A stretch of DNA of 64,000 nucleotides from Octopus sinensis (Eukaryota). Shown here piece by piece: positions 25,271 through 38,667 of this stretch. The position numbers and the translations under genes were made by a program. Under the pieces are notes generated by a model. It was given only the letters and a program-made list of their open reading frames with translations, was not told where the DNA came from and did no database searches. The DNA is taken from contig NC_043009.1 of assembly GCF_006345805.1 (NCBI RefSeq), positions 496,001 through 560,000 of the forward strand, in the 5' to 3' direction. Every line of letters starts with the position of its first letter. The first letter of the stretch is position 1.

Positions 25271-25495
25271 GTTCGATTAGATCGAATGACCCCTTTAGGG
25301 TGGTACTCCAGCACGACCGCATACAGTTTTATATTTAACAGATGAGGAATTATGTACATTATTTATATTCGACGGATATTTGTCCTCATCTTGTTTGTTG
25401 TTAACACAACGTTTCGGTTGATATACCCTCCAGCCTTCTTCAGATGCCTTGGGGAAATTTTTAACCTGGGTTCTCATACCTAAGATATTTTTCGA

Positions 25496-25599
<104 letters not shown>

Positions 25600-25679
25600 T
25601 CTGCCTGGAATCGAACTGGAATCGAACTCGGAATCTTGGGGTTACTAGTCCGCGCTCTTAACCACTACGCCATAATGTA

Positions 25680-25885
25680 AGGCATTAGTTTCAAATTTTG
25701 ACACAAGGCCAGCAATATCGGGAGAGGGTGTAAGTCGGTAACATCGACTCCAGTACTCAAATAGTACTTATTTTATCGACCCCGAAAAGATGAAAGGCAA
25801 AGTCGTCCTCGAGGGAATTCGAACTCAGAACGTAAAGCTGGACAAAATGCTACTAAGCCTTTTTTTCCCGGTGCGTTAACGATGC
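25680..25885 (-). mobile_element. SINE family B copy
   Basis: Matches 27-226. Confidence 0.75.
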
Positions 25886-26528
25886 TGCCAGCTCACTGCC
25901 TTAAACCTTTTAGCATTCAACCGGTGAGATCGAACCCAAATGTTCTCCCTGTTTATGTTCAAACTGGTCAGATCCGGATTCTCCGAAAATGTCATTCTAA
26001 ATCATAAACAATCACATAGAAATCTTGAAGCTATGAGATAATGCACGACGAATTCAAAGCACTGGAAATAAATGAGTAACCTGAATGTGGAAAGGTTAAA
26101 AATGTGAAAATATTATGATGGCTTACATCAGAGCAGCTTAGCTTGTGTGTATATGTCTGTGTATACGTGTGTGTATGTGTGAGAGAGAGAGTATACGAAT
26201 GTATACGTGTCTGCATGTACGTACATGTGTGTGTCCCTATGTGAATGTGAATGTGTATATATATGTGCGTGTATGTATGTGTGGAGGGTTGCGGGTGCGT
26301 GCGCATATTACTTATGCGCTTGCATGCGTGAGAAGTAAACATTAATGTGATATAAATAATTGAAACATCCTGTCCTTAATCTTGCATTTCGTTTTTCCTT
26401 CTTTTTTTAATCAAATGTCACATGACCTGCCTGAATTTAACCTACATCTGATTTTCGGAGAGTTGACCTCATTTCCGTGTGCGTCAATCAAAACTCGCGC
26501 GCACGCACACAGACACATACACACATGT

Positions 26529-26562
<34 letters not shown>

Positions 26563-26739
26563 ATACGTACATACATACACACACGCACACGCATACACAT
26601 ACATACAAACACACACACACACACACGTACGCACCTTGTGATCTCAAATTCCTGATGGATCTCAAGGCTGCGTCATAATGTAAGTCTTTTCCCTCCTCAT
26701 TTCTGACCCTATGTGAATACCTCCAAGGAGGAGGGGGAG

Positions 26740-26845
26740 GAGAAGGATGGGGGGAGGTGAGGAGGAGGAAGAGGAGAAGGAGAAGAAGAAGAAGAAGAAG
26801 AAGAAGAAGAAGAAGAAGAAGAAGAAGAAGAAGAAGAAGAAGAAA
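26740..26845. repeat. (GGA)/(GAA)n polypurine tract
   Basis: Direct reading. Confidence 0.95.
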
Positions 26846-27165
26846 TAATTTTCCCTTTCCTTGCTTTAGTAGTGGCCAAGTACATTTTCTGTTGACAGAC
26901 CTCTTGGAATTAAAAATAAAATTCATTTCGACAGGAATTCAACATAAGGGGTATAGAACGGATATTCATGTTCGATAGAATAAGTGCCATACTTAAAAAG
27001 GAGGAGTACTTGAGTCGATTTCTTCGACTAAAACCTTTTTAGGCAGTACCTCCAGTATGGCCGCACTCTAATAACTGAAACAAATAAAAGATAAAAGATG
27101 TAAGATGTGTGTATATATATTATATATATATTATATATATACATATATATGTATTTATATGTATA

Positions 27166-27207
<42 letters not shown>

Positions 27208-27222
27208 ATATATATATATATA

Positions 27223-27560
27223 TCTTATTATAAAAGGCAGATTTTATCTGCCTCCCTTTGTCAGTTATAGAAATCTACATATAGGATTTCTTCAATTACA
27301 ATTTACTTAGCATTTTTAAGAGTAGAATGCATCGGGTTTTGCCAGGTCCACTTTTTAAAATTTAAACTCCAATTAAGCAAAATTTACAGAAAACTCACAT
27401 TCTGGTGTGTATGTCAATGCTTTTCTTAATGTGGTTTACCACCACACACACAACACACGCACACACACAGTATGCAACGAATAAAATGAAAGTAATTCAC
27501 CTTTTGTAGTGAGTGACTCTTTCAGTCTGCCACTTCCTCTTTACACACATAGACACCGCA
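27223..27560 (+). mobile_element. Helitron-type 5' terminal region
   Basis: Starts TCTTATTATAAAAGGCAGATTT after (TA)n; similar start at 29338, upstream of helicase sequence. Confidence 0.5.
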
Positions 27561-28477
27561 AATATAAATAAAATTGTAAGCTAACGTGCGTGTGTGTGAG
27601 TGTGTGTGTGCGTGTGTGTGTGTGTGAGGGTGCGTGTGTGTGTGGGTGTGTGTGCGTGCGTGTGCGTGAGTGTGTGACAGGAAAGTTTTTTAGGACGAAT
27701 ATAAGACCTATATCGGCGATGTTTCGCTTGCCGTAGCACAGGTTTCCGTCGATTTCCGTAAAAAACTTTTATTTTTTTACATAAGTAATGAGAGCGAAAG
27801 AGACTAAGAGAAAGCGATTGTATGACGAGGGGAGTTCTTTTGAAGTTACCGTGCATGGGACGCATTGATGTACATGTGTGTGTGTGTGTGTGTGTTTGAT
27901 GGAGTGTGGGAGACAGACAGTATGTTGTGTAAGTGAAGTGCTTCTGTTAGTGTGTGTGAAGAGACAGAGAGAGTAATGTGTGAAAGAGAGAGATAACTAA
28001 ATTTTTTTACTCGGTGTATGTGTATATGTATGTATGCATGTATGTGTGTGTGTGTGTGTATGTATGTGTGTGTGTAGTGAGTGTATGTATGGCCGATTCA
28101 GTGTTTACATTTTTTACGGAAATCGACGGAAACGTGTGCTACGACAAGCGAAACATCGCCCCTATATCCAAATAGCAGAAAGATCGCCAAAAGGTATATA
28201 GTATATAAAGTATTTATATATTCATCTATGCACACATGTATGTATAACGTGTGTGTATATATTTCCATAGAGGTAACCATTCACTCCATACAAAGTTTTT
28301 TAGCACGAAAATAAGATCTAAAGTTATCTCTAAGAAACAGAAAGATCGCCCAAAAGTGTATATAGATATTTAAATGTATTTATATATTCATCTATACACA
28401 CATGTATGTATAATGTGCGTGTATATATTTCCATAGAGGTAACCATTCAACCATACAAAGTTTTTTAGACGAAAATA

Positions 28478-29321
28478 TTTATATATAAAAGAAAGGTTGT
28501 GTGTCTGTCTACTCCGATTTAGATTCCTAACTACTCCCACATTTTGCGATGCAGTTTAACCAAAACCGGGTATCTTATAGTCGTGATTCATATCGAGCCC
28601 TTCTGGGTATTAGCGCGCGTCTACGATGAGTCTATGATTTTACAAATAATTTACCATCATTTTTTTCCATTTTAATGCATATTTTTTTAAAATAAACGGA
28701 AGTAACTCTCAAACTTCACACCAATATGCGTGCTCATATGCGACGTAATATCACATCAGCAGCATTTCCTCACACCCTCCTTGCACTTGGCGAAGGCAAA
28801 ATACCAGGGGATGAAAATGGTAATATTGCCATCGATTCCATTTGTACCATTGTTAAGACGCCTTCTGATCTCAGAGATGCAGTGTTCCCAGATCTACAAG
28901 CTATTATCAGAATATGGATTGGATTGGCAAAAAGGCTATACTGGCCCCGAGGAATAAAACTGTTCACCATATTAATGATGAAATGCTAAAACTCATTCCT
29001 GGGGAAGTCTATGTATATCAGTCTATCGATACAACTCCTGACCAGAGGACGTCATCAACTATCCAATAGAGGTACTCAATTCCTTTGAGCACCCCAGACT
29101 ACCACCACACTTTCTCAAACTTAAAGTTGGTGCCCCTATAATGCTCATCAGAAATTTGGTTCCCCCAAAACAATGCAATGGCACACGTTTGATCGTTAAG
29201 TCCTTATCTCCCACCGTAAGCTTATATCAATATTTGCCTGAATAATCATCATAATTCAGTGCAATCATTAACAGTACTTTCAAGCAATTCAGCCCCGAGC
29301 AACGCCGGGCAATTCTGCTAG
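28478..29321 (+). mobile_element. Internally deleted Helitron: PIF1 helicase C-terminal fragment and canonical 3' end
   Basis: LLALGEGKIPG...ILAPRNKTVHHIND...[10 protein letters not shown]...[31 protein letters not shown]; 3' GC hairpin CCCGAGCAACGCCGGG followed by CTAG|T. Confidence 0.9.
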
Positions 29322-29337
29322 TATATATATATATATA

Positions 29338-30543
29338 TCTTATGATCTTATGATAAAAGGCAGATTTTCTCTGCCTGTTACCATGTTCGTTTTTAATACA
29401 ATTCTACAATATAGAATTTCTTCAATTGGAATTTACCTATGATTTTTCAAAGTAGATTCCATTGGGTCATGGCATATCAATCTTTTTCAATTTGACCCCC
29501 AATTAAGCAAAAATTCGATAAAACTCAATATTTTACGATTTGCCTCTCTCATTTCAAGTGCTTCACTCCTTCCATTACCACACTTTCTCCGACTTTCTCT
29601 TTGCAAGTGTGAAACTATTAAAGTGAAAGTATTATATAACAGGGATGAGCCATTAATAGTGGTCATCCTTTTTGCTAGAAGAAGATCCGCTATGGTCTTA
29701 TATGCTACACCACTGGTTTTCAATTCATATTAATCAAATTAATATTCAATTTTTCACCCTTATTATGTTTGTGTGTGTGTATGTGTATTAGCAATTCGTA
29801 TAAAATTGCATCAATGACTTGAACTTGAATAAGTGGTTTCACATAAATGGGGATAAATTAAAAAGGTTTGTTATTATTATTACTGTTTGACTATTGTAAT
29901 CACGTTTGTTGGTTCCTCGCCAGGAAAACATTGTTGTGTTGCATTTGTTAAAAACATTGTCCCCTTCAGCGCCAAGCTCAACTGCTCTATCCTGACATGG
30001 AGGGTATCAGCAATGAAATCTATAACAAAACACTCATTGACATTGAAGACAGAATTGCTAAACTGGGTGGAAATGAATTGTTGACGTATGGCCTGCCACA
30101 AGCATTCAGGTCAGGGTCAAATAGCCTTCCTACTGCTGTCATTCGTGAAACAACCTACGACACTCAAGAGCTTTCAAAGTACATTGTTGAAAATGAGCCT
30201 AAATTACTTCCGGACCAGCTGCAGGCCTACAGAACTATTCTTAACAGTGTACGCCAACGCGAGGGACGAATCTTCTTCCTCGATGCTCCTGGAGGGACAG
30301 GAAAAACATTTATTACAAAGCTTCTCCTTGTAGAAGTTAGGTAGCATCAGGACATTGCAGTAGCTGTAGCCTCCTCTGGCATTGCAGCTACTTTGTTACC
30401 CGGTGGCAGGACAGCACACTCAACTTTTAAACTCCCTCTCAATTTAGCAGCATCCGAAATGCCTTCATGCTACATCAACAAAAGCTCAGATCAGGGACAA
30501 GAACTTAAAATGTGTTATGTAATTGTCTGGGATGAGTGCACTT
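29338..30543 (+). mobile_element. Helitron: 5' end plus PIF1 helicase N-terminal motifs
   Basis: FFLDAPGGTGKTF (Walker A), AVASSGIAATLLPGGRTAHSTFKLP, VIVWDECT (Walker B); internal stop at 30342-30344. Confidence 0.9.
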
Positions 30544-30684
30544 GCAAATTGTGATAGGCCATTGTTCAGAACAGAGCACCTGCAACTTGTGGAAGGGTGT
30601 GCCTTTCAGTTGGAGGAATGAAAAGGCATGTCAAAAGAATTTATACTGTAGCCCTGTTTTCTATGCCAGCCCGCATATGAGTGT

Positions 30685-30765
30685 GCATTGTGTCTTTCAG
30701 GGCTCTATCTAATGCTTCCAAAGCTCCTTTGTGAGCCATAGTGCACTCATCCCAGAAAATTACAG
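30685..30765 (-). mobile_element. Inverted Helitron helicase fragment
   Basis: VIFWDECTMAHKGALEALDRALKD on the minus strand. Confidence 0.75.
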
Positions 30766-31181
30766 TCATAAATACATACATACATACATAAACAGCCGCC
30801 ATAAACAACAGAAACACGAGCCGAGAAACACTCGTGATATAAGATGTACAAATGCGAGAGTATGTAATCCTCAAGCCAAATGATAACAAAACGTCGATAG
30901 GAAGAGTAGACTATTCTGGGCTTGTGCTAGATGCGTTCTAACTCTTCTAGAACGACAAGCCTTCGCTATCCAAGCATAGGTGATAGCTACTAATTATCTG
31001 TTCAATAAAATTGATAAGGATGATGCCAAACCTTGTTACCAGTTTGGAAGATATCTGCATAATCAGCAGCTGTCTAGAAATCTCTGCAAGTTACATCTTT
31101 CCCTATTTAAAGTGTTGTTCGTAGGAAGAATTGCCTTAGCGATCATACAAAGCACTTAAAAAGCACCTTCAAAACTAAGTA

Positions 31182-31410
31182 GAGTAATCCTTCCACTATC
31201 GCGGGTGTTGCGTTCCAAAACCTGCCACAGAAAGAATTAAAATCTAAGCAATATAAATGCGTATCGGCCGCTGATTCCCGGATATATTGAAGAGTCCGCG
31301 ATATAAATTTACGTATATTAGCCAAAAAAATCCGCGATGTACTGAGTGCACAATAGGTGGACCGTTTTGTACTGAGTGTACGAGAACAGCGATCTGGCGA
31401 GTAATTACTG
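31182..31410. mobile_element. Tigger/pogo-like MITE
   Basis: TA-flanked ends GAGTAATCCTTCCACTATCGCGG and reverse complement CAGTAATTACTCGCCAGATCGCTG. Confidence 0.6.
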
Positions 31411-31867
31411 TAATACTTGTGAAGCATTCTAATAAGTACAGCAACCCCGTGTGTAAATAACAGGTTCGGTATTGTTCTATATGATAGGGAAGTGAGGGCA
31501 TGCTCCGTTGAAGAAGATAACTGCCCAACGGATATCTTGTCTAAAGCCATCTATGGTGAACTAACGCGTATTTTACAGTCCTTGTCCATATTTGGTGAAT
31601 CAATTAGAAACGCTTATCCAAATTATTGTTTCTATTCTATACTCTTCAATAATAGGAGCACTTGGCTATGTAACAATGATGGAGAGGTTTCAAAATATGA
31701 ACAAGGGAAATTGACTAACATCTTCCAAATTCGATCGATGAATAATAAAGTGGACGTTTGTAAAGCATTCTACAATATATCAGAGTATCCTGAAGTGGCT
31801 GTGCATGTATGTGTGGTATGTGTGTGTGTGTATGCGCGTGTGTATGTGTGTGCGTATGTGTGTGTGT

Positions 31868-31908
<41 letters not shown>

Positions 31909-32324
31909 CTGTGTGTGCGTGTATGGATGCAATCAGGTGCAAATTAGCGTACACACGCCCATGCATACATGAAAGTAATGCCACACCCTAATGTATATAA
32001 GACATATATAACACCGATTGAATGAGTGCATATGCATCAACAATGCTCCTACAGAAAGGCGACTACTCACACACACACACACACACACATACACAATCAT
32101 ACATCAATATATGCTTTTATACATATATGTGTGTGTGTTTCTGCATGTGTGCGTGTGTGCATGTGTGTATACATATACGCTCATATATATATATATATAC
32201 GTAATATTTATACACACACACAATAGAAGTAAATAAACACCCCATAAAATATTGTTTGTGTCTATTTTAAATTGTGAAGGTTTATACTTTTTATTAATTG
32301 ACAATTTTATATTTCAGTTTCTAT

Positions 32325-32870
32325 ATGTCATGTACAAAAGAAGCCTTGGAACTGTTCGAATTTCAAAGGGTCATTCTGAAGGTGGAAAACCTTGGGATCC
32401 CGCTTTCTACAGTTAATATAGAAATTGTGCAATTCGCCAGAGAGGGGAAGAAGTCCACATCACCTCGCCCAGATCAACCATGGTCCACTAACATAGCATA
32501 AGAGAAGTGTGGAAGATAATTCTCGTTGCAAGGCCTCTGACAGCATAACAAGCTGGTGTCAGTCCCAGAATAGCTGCCAGGTATCTCCACAAATTTGGTT
32601 ACTATGACAGAGCAGCAAGAAGTAAGCCACTTCTTCGACCAGCCAACATCAAGCGGAGAAAAGATTGGGCCAGTGAAAATGTGGAGAGGCCACTGGCGTT
32701 TTGGGACGCCGTCATATTCTCTGATGAGTCCAGATTTGAAGTATTTTTTGACAGTGGTCGAGTGTAGAGTTGGAGACTGTGATCAAGAATTTGATGTGAA
32801 AAGATTGCAGCCAACAATGAAAAACGGCAGCTATTCTGTGATGGTCTGGGGAGCAATTTGGAGCAGTGGA
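32325..32870 (+). mobile_element. Tc1 transposase 5'/middle fragment, decayed
   Basis: [15 protein letters not shown] and [23 protein letters not shown]. Confidence 0.82.
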
Positions 32871-32999
32871 TGTATTATTTCAGATTTAAATAAATTTTGA
32901 TGATTATAAGGGTGTCTGTTTACTTCTGTCACGTGTGTGTGTGCGAGTGAGTGTATATGTTTGTGTATCTATATATATATATATATATATATATACTTT

Positions 33000-33395
33000 T
33001 ATTCTTTAGCTTATTTCAGTCATTTGACTGCGGCCATGCTGGAGCACCGCCTTTAGTCGAGCAAATCGACCCCAGGACTTATTCTTTGTAAGCCTAGTAC
33101 TTATTCTATCGATCTCTCTTGTCAAACCGCTAAGTTACGAGGACGTAAACACACCAGCATCGGTTGTAGGGGGGTCAAACACAGACACACAAACATACAC
33201 ACACACACACATACACACATGTATATATATATATATATATATACGACAGGCTTCTTCCAGTTTCCGTCTACCAAATCCATTGGTCGGCCCGAGGCTATAG
33301 CAGAGGATACTTGCCCAAGGTACCACGCAGTGGGACTGAACCAGGAACATTGTGGTTGGTAAGCAAGCTACTTACCACACAGCCACTCTTACGCC
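33000..33395 (-). mobile_element. SINE family A copy
   Basis: Near-identical layout to 1138-1550. Confidence 0.88.
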
Positions 33396-33681
33396 TATAT
33401 TAACAACATAGAAATAAAGATTACTACGAAGTAGCGCTAGCACTATCTTTAATTCGATACATGTTTCAATTGCACCTATTAGTAATCGTTGCAATCGCAG
33501 TCCTACTGTAAAACGATGCAGTCTCTTCATGGTATTAATTTGATATCGTTGTATAATGTAGCTCTGTCCGTTAAGTCCGTTAATTTTCATTTGAACTATA
33601 CGAGGTTTCAAAATGATGAACTGGAAATGAATATCCTGTAAGAAATAGAGATTGTTCGCGTCTGATTTAACGGTCCGCTCT

Positions 33682-34171
33682 ATATAGGTTTCCTGTAGTA
33701 TAAATATTGACCATATAAAAATAAGGATTACTCCGAAGTAGTAATACCATTACCTTTAATTCGATAATTATATACCGCCTTTAAGACCAACACATGTTTC
33801 AGCTGCACCAATTTGTAAACGATGCAATTACAATCCTACAGTAAAACGATGCTGTCTCTTCGGGTCTTAACTTGATATCGTTCGGTATGGCCATTTAATG
33901 ATTTTCTTTTATAACTGTGCGTTTATAAACGCACAGTTTATAAAAGAAAGTCATTAAATGGCCATACCGAACGATATCAAGTTAAGACCCCGAAGAGACA
34001 GCATCGTTTTACTGTAGGATTGTAATTGCATCGTTTACAAATTGGTGCAGCTGAAACATGTGTTGGTCTTAAAGGCGGTATATAATTATCGAATTAAAGG
34101 TAATGGTATTACTACTTCGGAGTAATCCTTATTTTTATATGGTCAATATTTATACTACAGGAAACCTATAT
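33682..34171. repeat. 490-bp spacer-less palindrome (centre 33925/33926)
   Basis: ATATAGGTTTCC...GTGCGTTTA|TAAACGCAC...GGAAACCTATAT; arms of 244 and 246 bp differ by about two single-base indels and one substitution. Confidence 0.95.
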
Positions 34172-34929
34172 GGTTAAGGAAATATATTCAGAATAATCCA
34201 ACGGAATATTCCTCTAATTCTTTATCTTATGAGAATTTTATTGGATTTATATCTTAACTGCTGAATAACATTCTGAATACCTAGCTGGAAGCCACCTGGT
34301 AATCGTTTTGGGATAATGCCTTACTTTTTACTGATATATATATACACACACTGATCCACACACATGCGCACAAACAAACAAAAAGGACCGCAGTGTGAGT
34401 AACGGACAGAGTCAAAACTATTGAAAAAGTTGCAAGGCGAAACGAAAATTTTAGAAAAATATAAAAGAAATAAGTAGAAATTTTACCGGTGAGTATGTTA
34501 AACTATAAGGCATCAAAAGAGAATGATTCTCCCCAGACACAACAGTATATATATATATATATAGTGGACTATTCAGTGATTGTAATATCAGCAAAAAAAA
34601 GTATTCCATCTGGTGAGAGATAAATATTATTTAATAAGCATAATATATGTTTTTTATGTGCTACTATTAAGTTCAAGCGATGAAAACATGCCAGACAATA
34701 TTTTTAACAAGTCTGGTGTCTCAGCGCAATCTTCAGGCACTGCGCACATGGCATAACAAGCTAAATAAAATGAGAGACATAAAATGAGAGACAAAACGAT
34801 AAAAGGTGACAAAGAACTAGATATAAAAGGTGGAAGATTGGAAAACGGAATTGAATACAAAAGGGGGTAAAATTAGAGTTATTTCTCCTTAGACCGAAGA
34901 ATAAAGGCTGAAAAGTTAGGGGCCTCGAG

Positions 34930-35050
34930 TATGCGGTACGGCTCTTCAATCTGGAGAGGATGGTATTTTCCAATTCGTCAACAGGATCTTCGCCATATGC
35001 TTACAAACGCTGAAAATTTCGGGTCTAGAATTCAGCAGCATGTTATATAT
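34930..35050 (-). mobile_element. Penelope-like ORF C-terminus
   Basis: LLNSRPEIFSVCKHMAKILLTNWK, the typical end of a Penelope GIY-YIG domain. Confidence 0.65.
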
Positions 35051-35061
35051 GTATATATATA

Positions 35062-35435
35062 GGCGAAGGAGTAGCTGCGTTGTAAGTAGCTTGCTTACCA
35101 ACCACATAGTTCCGGGTTCAGTCTCACGGCGTAGCACCTTGGGCAAGTGTCTTCAACTATAACCTCGAACCGACCAAAGTAGATTGTGAGTAGATTTGGC
35201 GGACGGAAACTGAAAGAAACCCGACGTGTGTGTGTGTGTTCTTGTGTCTGTGTTTGTCCCTCACCATCGTTTGATAACCGATGTTGTTATGTTTACGTCC
35301 CAGTAACTTAGCGGTTCGGCAAAAGAGACCGATAGGATAAGTTCTAGGCTTACAAAGAATAAGTTCTGGGCTTGATTTGTTCGAATAAATGCGGTGCTCC
35401 AGCATGGCCGCAATCTAGTGACTGAAACAAATAAA
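35062..35435 (+). mobile_element. SINE family A copy
   Basis: AGGCGAAGGAGTAGCTGCGTTGTAAGTAGCTTGCTTACCAACCACATAGTTCCGGGTTCAGTC. Confidence 0.85.
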
Positions 35436-35661
35436 AGAATACACACACACAAACAATGATATGAGAGGTTTTGTATCCAAAAGACCCAAAATGGCAGGTA
35501 AGGCTATGTAAGTGTTACAGAAGGACCGTAGTAAGACTCCCAGTTCGATAATAGTGAGGAGTCTAATGCCGGTCGTATGTGAGCATGTATATGTTTAATA
35601 AAATGGGACAGTAAAGCCAAGGTAGTGTGAAATTTCTTGGACATTTATAAAGAGAATGGTA

Positions 35662-35709
35662 GTCTTACAGCTGTTTCAGGGATATGAAGGATAGCCCATC
35701 ATCAGAGAC
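35662..35709 (-). ncRNA. Minimal type I hammerhead ribozyme (Penelope pLTR type)
   Basis: GUCU-CUGAUGA-[U GGG...CCC U]-GAAA-CAGCUG-UA-AGAC: helix I GUCU/AGAC, intact core, palindromic helix III, GUA site; U.U at the base of helix II. Confidence 0.75.
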
Positions 35710-35976
35710 GATATGAGAGAGTTAAATAGAGGGGAACATCAGAGTTTAATATAAGAAGTTATTTTGGTAAGGGATAGATACAGGAAGTACAAAGGTATAT
35801 ATGAGAATAAAAATGCACAACACTTTCCTTGGATAATGGAACTGCAACTGTAACATCCAGCAGATAAGTTCCTTTTTATTCCTATATTTCCCTTTATACT
35901 TCCTATATTTCTCCCTTCCCAAAATAACTTCTTATATTGAACTCTACTATTTCCTTCTATCTAACTCTCTCATATC

Positions 35977-36024
35977 GTCTCTGATGATGGGATATCTTTT
36001 ACATCCCTGAAACAGTTGTAAGAT
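35977..36024 (+). ncRNA. Minimal type I hammerhead ribozyme, diverged inverted sister copy
   Basis: GUCU-CUGAUGA-UGGGAU...AUCCCU-GAAA-CAGUUG-UA-AGAU. Confidence 0.65.
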
Positions 36025-36099
36025 TACCTTTCTCTTTATAAATGTCCTACAAATTTCACACTGTTTTGGCTTTGTTGTCCTATTTTATTTAACATATAT

Positions 36100-36199
<100 letters not shown>

Positions 36200-36302
36200 T
36201 AATCCAAACAAGAAAACACAGAAAAAAAGAGAAAAAAACACAGCAACGGAGGACGTGGAACAATTAAAGTATTATTGACGCTCAGGAAAGAAGGGAAGGA
36301 GG

Positions 36303-36337
36303 GTTTAACGTTTCGAGCGGAGCTCTTCGTCGGAAAC
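36303..36337 (-). ncRNA. Minimal hammerhead-like motif (core U4>C)
   Basis: GUUU-CCGACGA-A-GAGC UCC GCUC-GAAA-CGU-U-AAAC. Confidence 0.5.
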
Positions 36338-36653
36338 AAGGAGAAGGAAAGATCCCAAGAAGGGAAGACAGAGGAAAAAATATTTGAGCTGGTGGTGCTC
36401 AAGAGATATATATATACATACAAACATACATATTCATACACACATATGTAAATATATAGATATGTGTGTGTATATGTATATATATATATATATGTATATG
36501 TATATATATGTATATATATATGTGTATATATATATACATATATATATATATGCATAATATATATATATATGCATACATACATACATGCATGCATAAACGT
36601 CTTATGTATGCGTGTATGTGAGCATGTGTGTATACAAGTATGTGTGTACACAC

Positions 36654-36654
36654 T

Positions 36655-36732
<78 letters not shown>
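36654..36732. repeat. (GATA)n microsatellite
   Basis: Direct reading. Confidence 0.95.
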
Positions 36733-37049
36733 CTTAAGGTTGCCTTTGTTTTTTTAACAAAAACAAATAATTTTAGCCCCACAGTGAAAATTTTTTTTAA
36801 ATGTTACTACACTGCAGGTTTTATCTCCCCATCAAGAGAAAAGATAGAGTGGATCAAACTAGTTCCTAGACTTCATACACCTTCGTCAGTGAAAGAATAT
36901 ACATTGTCTGCTCACGTAAAGTTTAATAACTTATAGCTATGTATAATGCTTAGAACTTCGGACAACTAAACTGGGCTGTCTAATTTCTGCTAGCGAAATC
37001 TAAAAACTTAATATGGAACCAATTTGTTTGCTCTTCAGAGCAACTTACC

Positions 37050-38390
37050 TTATTACACTTTTTCCGTGAAACGTAGTATTTCTACGTTTTTCTGCAACTG
37101 TATGCAACTGCACCTACGATGATACTGAGCCGAAGATTTATAAGTTTCGATAGAAACGTTCTCTTTTTCCTGGAGTTTTGATTCTACATTCACATCTGCT
37201 GTCCCACAGAGCAACATAAAGTCTGTTATGTTTTCACTTGCTGTTTTATTGGGGCATTCCACCAGTATTCTTTGTTTTTAAAGGTGTGAATACCTGCTGA
37301 TACTGACATGCATTTGATATATACGTCAGAGTAGTCCTTACGGGTAGCATTATAAAAAGTCTTTGCAACTTTGTCATGCCTCTGTAGACATTTGATGACA
37401 GCTGTTGATGACGTGGGTAATATCTTCCACACTGGTATAGCAAAGTCAACATCTTTTATCACAGCGTGGAGATTTGGTAGTATCTTTGTCCCTTTTGTTT
37501 ATCAGGTATACAATAGCTATCTCCTGTTTCTGGATAGCTGGGATGTAATATATATTTCGCATGCCCAGGAGAGGCTACACTTCCTGTCAATGATGTTATT
37601 GCTCTCTAGCTTACAGAATATGTACCCATGCATTGCGTTCTGTTGGTATGCCTGCTTCTCCAAGCTTCTGTTTAGGTAGGCCAGTCCAGACTCCTTTGGG
37701 TCGCATGAAACAGTTGTTTTCTTAGAGTACCTGCACAGCAGTTCTTCAACTTTGATAATGTTGTTGCTCTCACTTTTGAGTATGGAATGTACTCCTTTCT
37801 TTACTCTCCAGCAAGTGCTGTCTGAGTGATACAAGGCGACATTCAAAGGCTGTTTCGGCTGACCTTATGCCTCTACCTCCATCACTTCATCTCACATAAA
37901 TCTTATCGGTGTCACTGTTAATGTGGAATCTTCCAGTTGTGGTCAGGTACCTTCTTGGTTTTGACGTCCAGGTTACGTATCTCATTGAGTGTCCTGTCCA
38001 GTATCTCAAATGTTGAAACTAACACTGGTACTGCAAAATTACTGTGTAATATGGTCTAGTTAAATGCAGACAGCTCTGAGTTCCATATTTTCCGGGGTTT
38101 ATAGAAGTAGTCTTTTGTTATTCTCGTTTTAGACATAGCACCAATGTATGCAACATTCTCATTGATTCCGAGGCCCTTGTAGCTTTCATCATTAGAGATA
38201 GAGGAATTAGACAAACCGGTGATGTACATGCTCTCTACCTGGTCGATAATCTTTCCTTGGTTGCTTATGAGCATTTATCTTGCCCCAACTCCATTTCTAT
38301 ATCTCGTGAAAATGTTGTGGCTAATTTCTCTTGATGTTGGTCATATTAATAGAACATAACTTTAGGTCATCAGCAAAAAATGTCTCTTTA
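37050..38390 (-). mobile_element. R4/Dong-clade non-LTR element, decayed RT C-terminus to RLE
   Basis: FFADDLKL, TFSRDIEMELGQDKC, ESYKGLGI...RKIWNSELSAFN, NFAVPVL...LDVKTKK...DGGRGI, MHGY...IDRKCSLSW, RHDKVAK, YWWNAPIK, TDFML...DVNVESKLQEKE. Confidence 0.85.
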
Positions 38391-38605
38391 CTCTTTCTCT
38401 TTTACTCTTTTACCTGTTTCAGTCATGTGACTGTGGCCATGCTGGAGCATCGCCTTTTGTCGAGCAAATCGACGCCAGGACTTATTCTTTGGAAGCCTAG
38501 TACTTATTCTATCGGTCTCTTTTCTCGAACCACTAAGTTACGGGGACGTAAACACACCAGCATCGGTTGTCAAGCGATGTTGAGGGAACAAACACAGACA
38601 CACAA

Positions 38606-38667
<62 letters not shown>

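Noticed and set aside
31492-31800. 128-aa ORF with ILSKAIYGEL
   Set aside because: Only a faint RTE-like echo, ending in a microsatellite; not enough to call.
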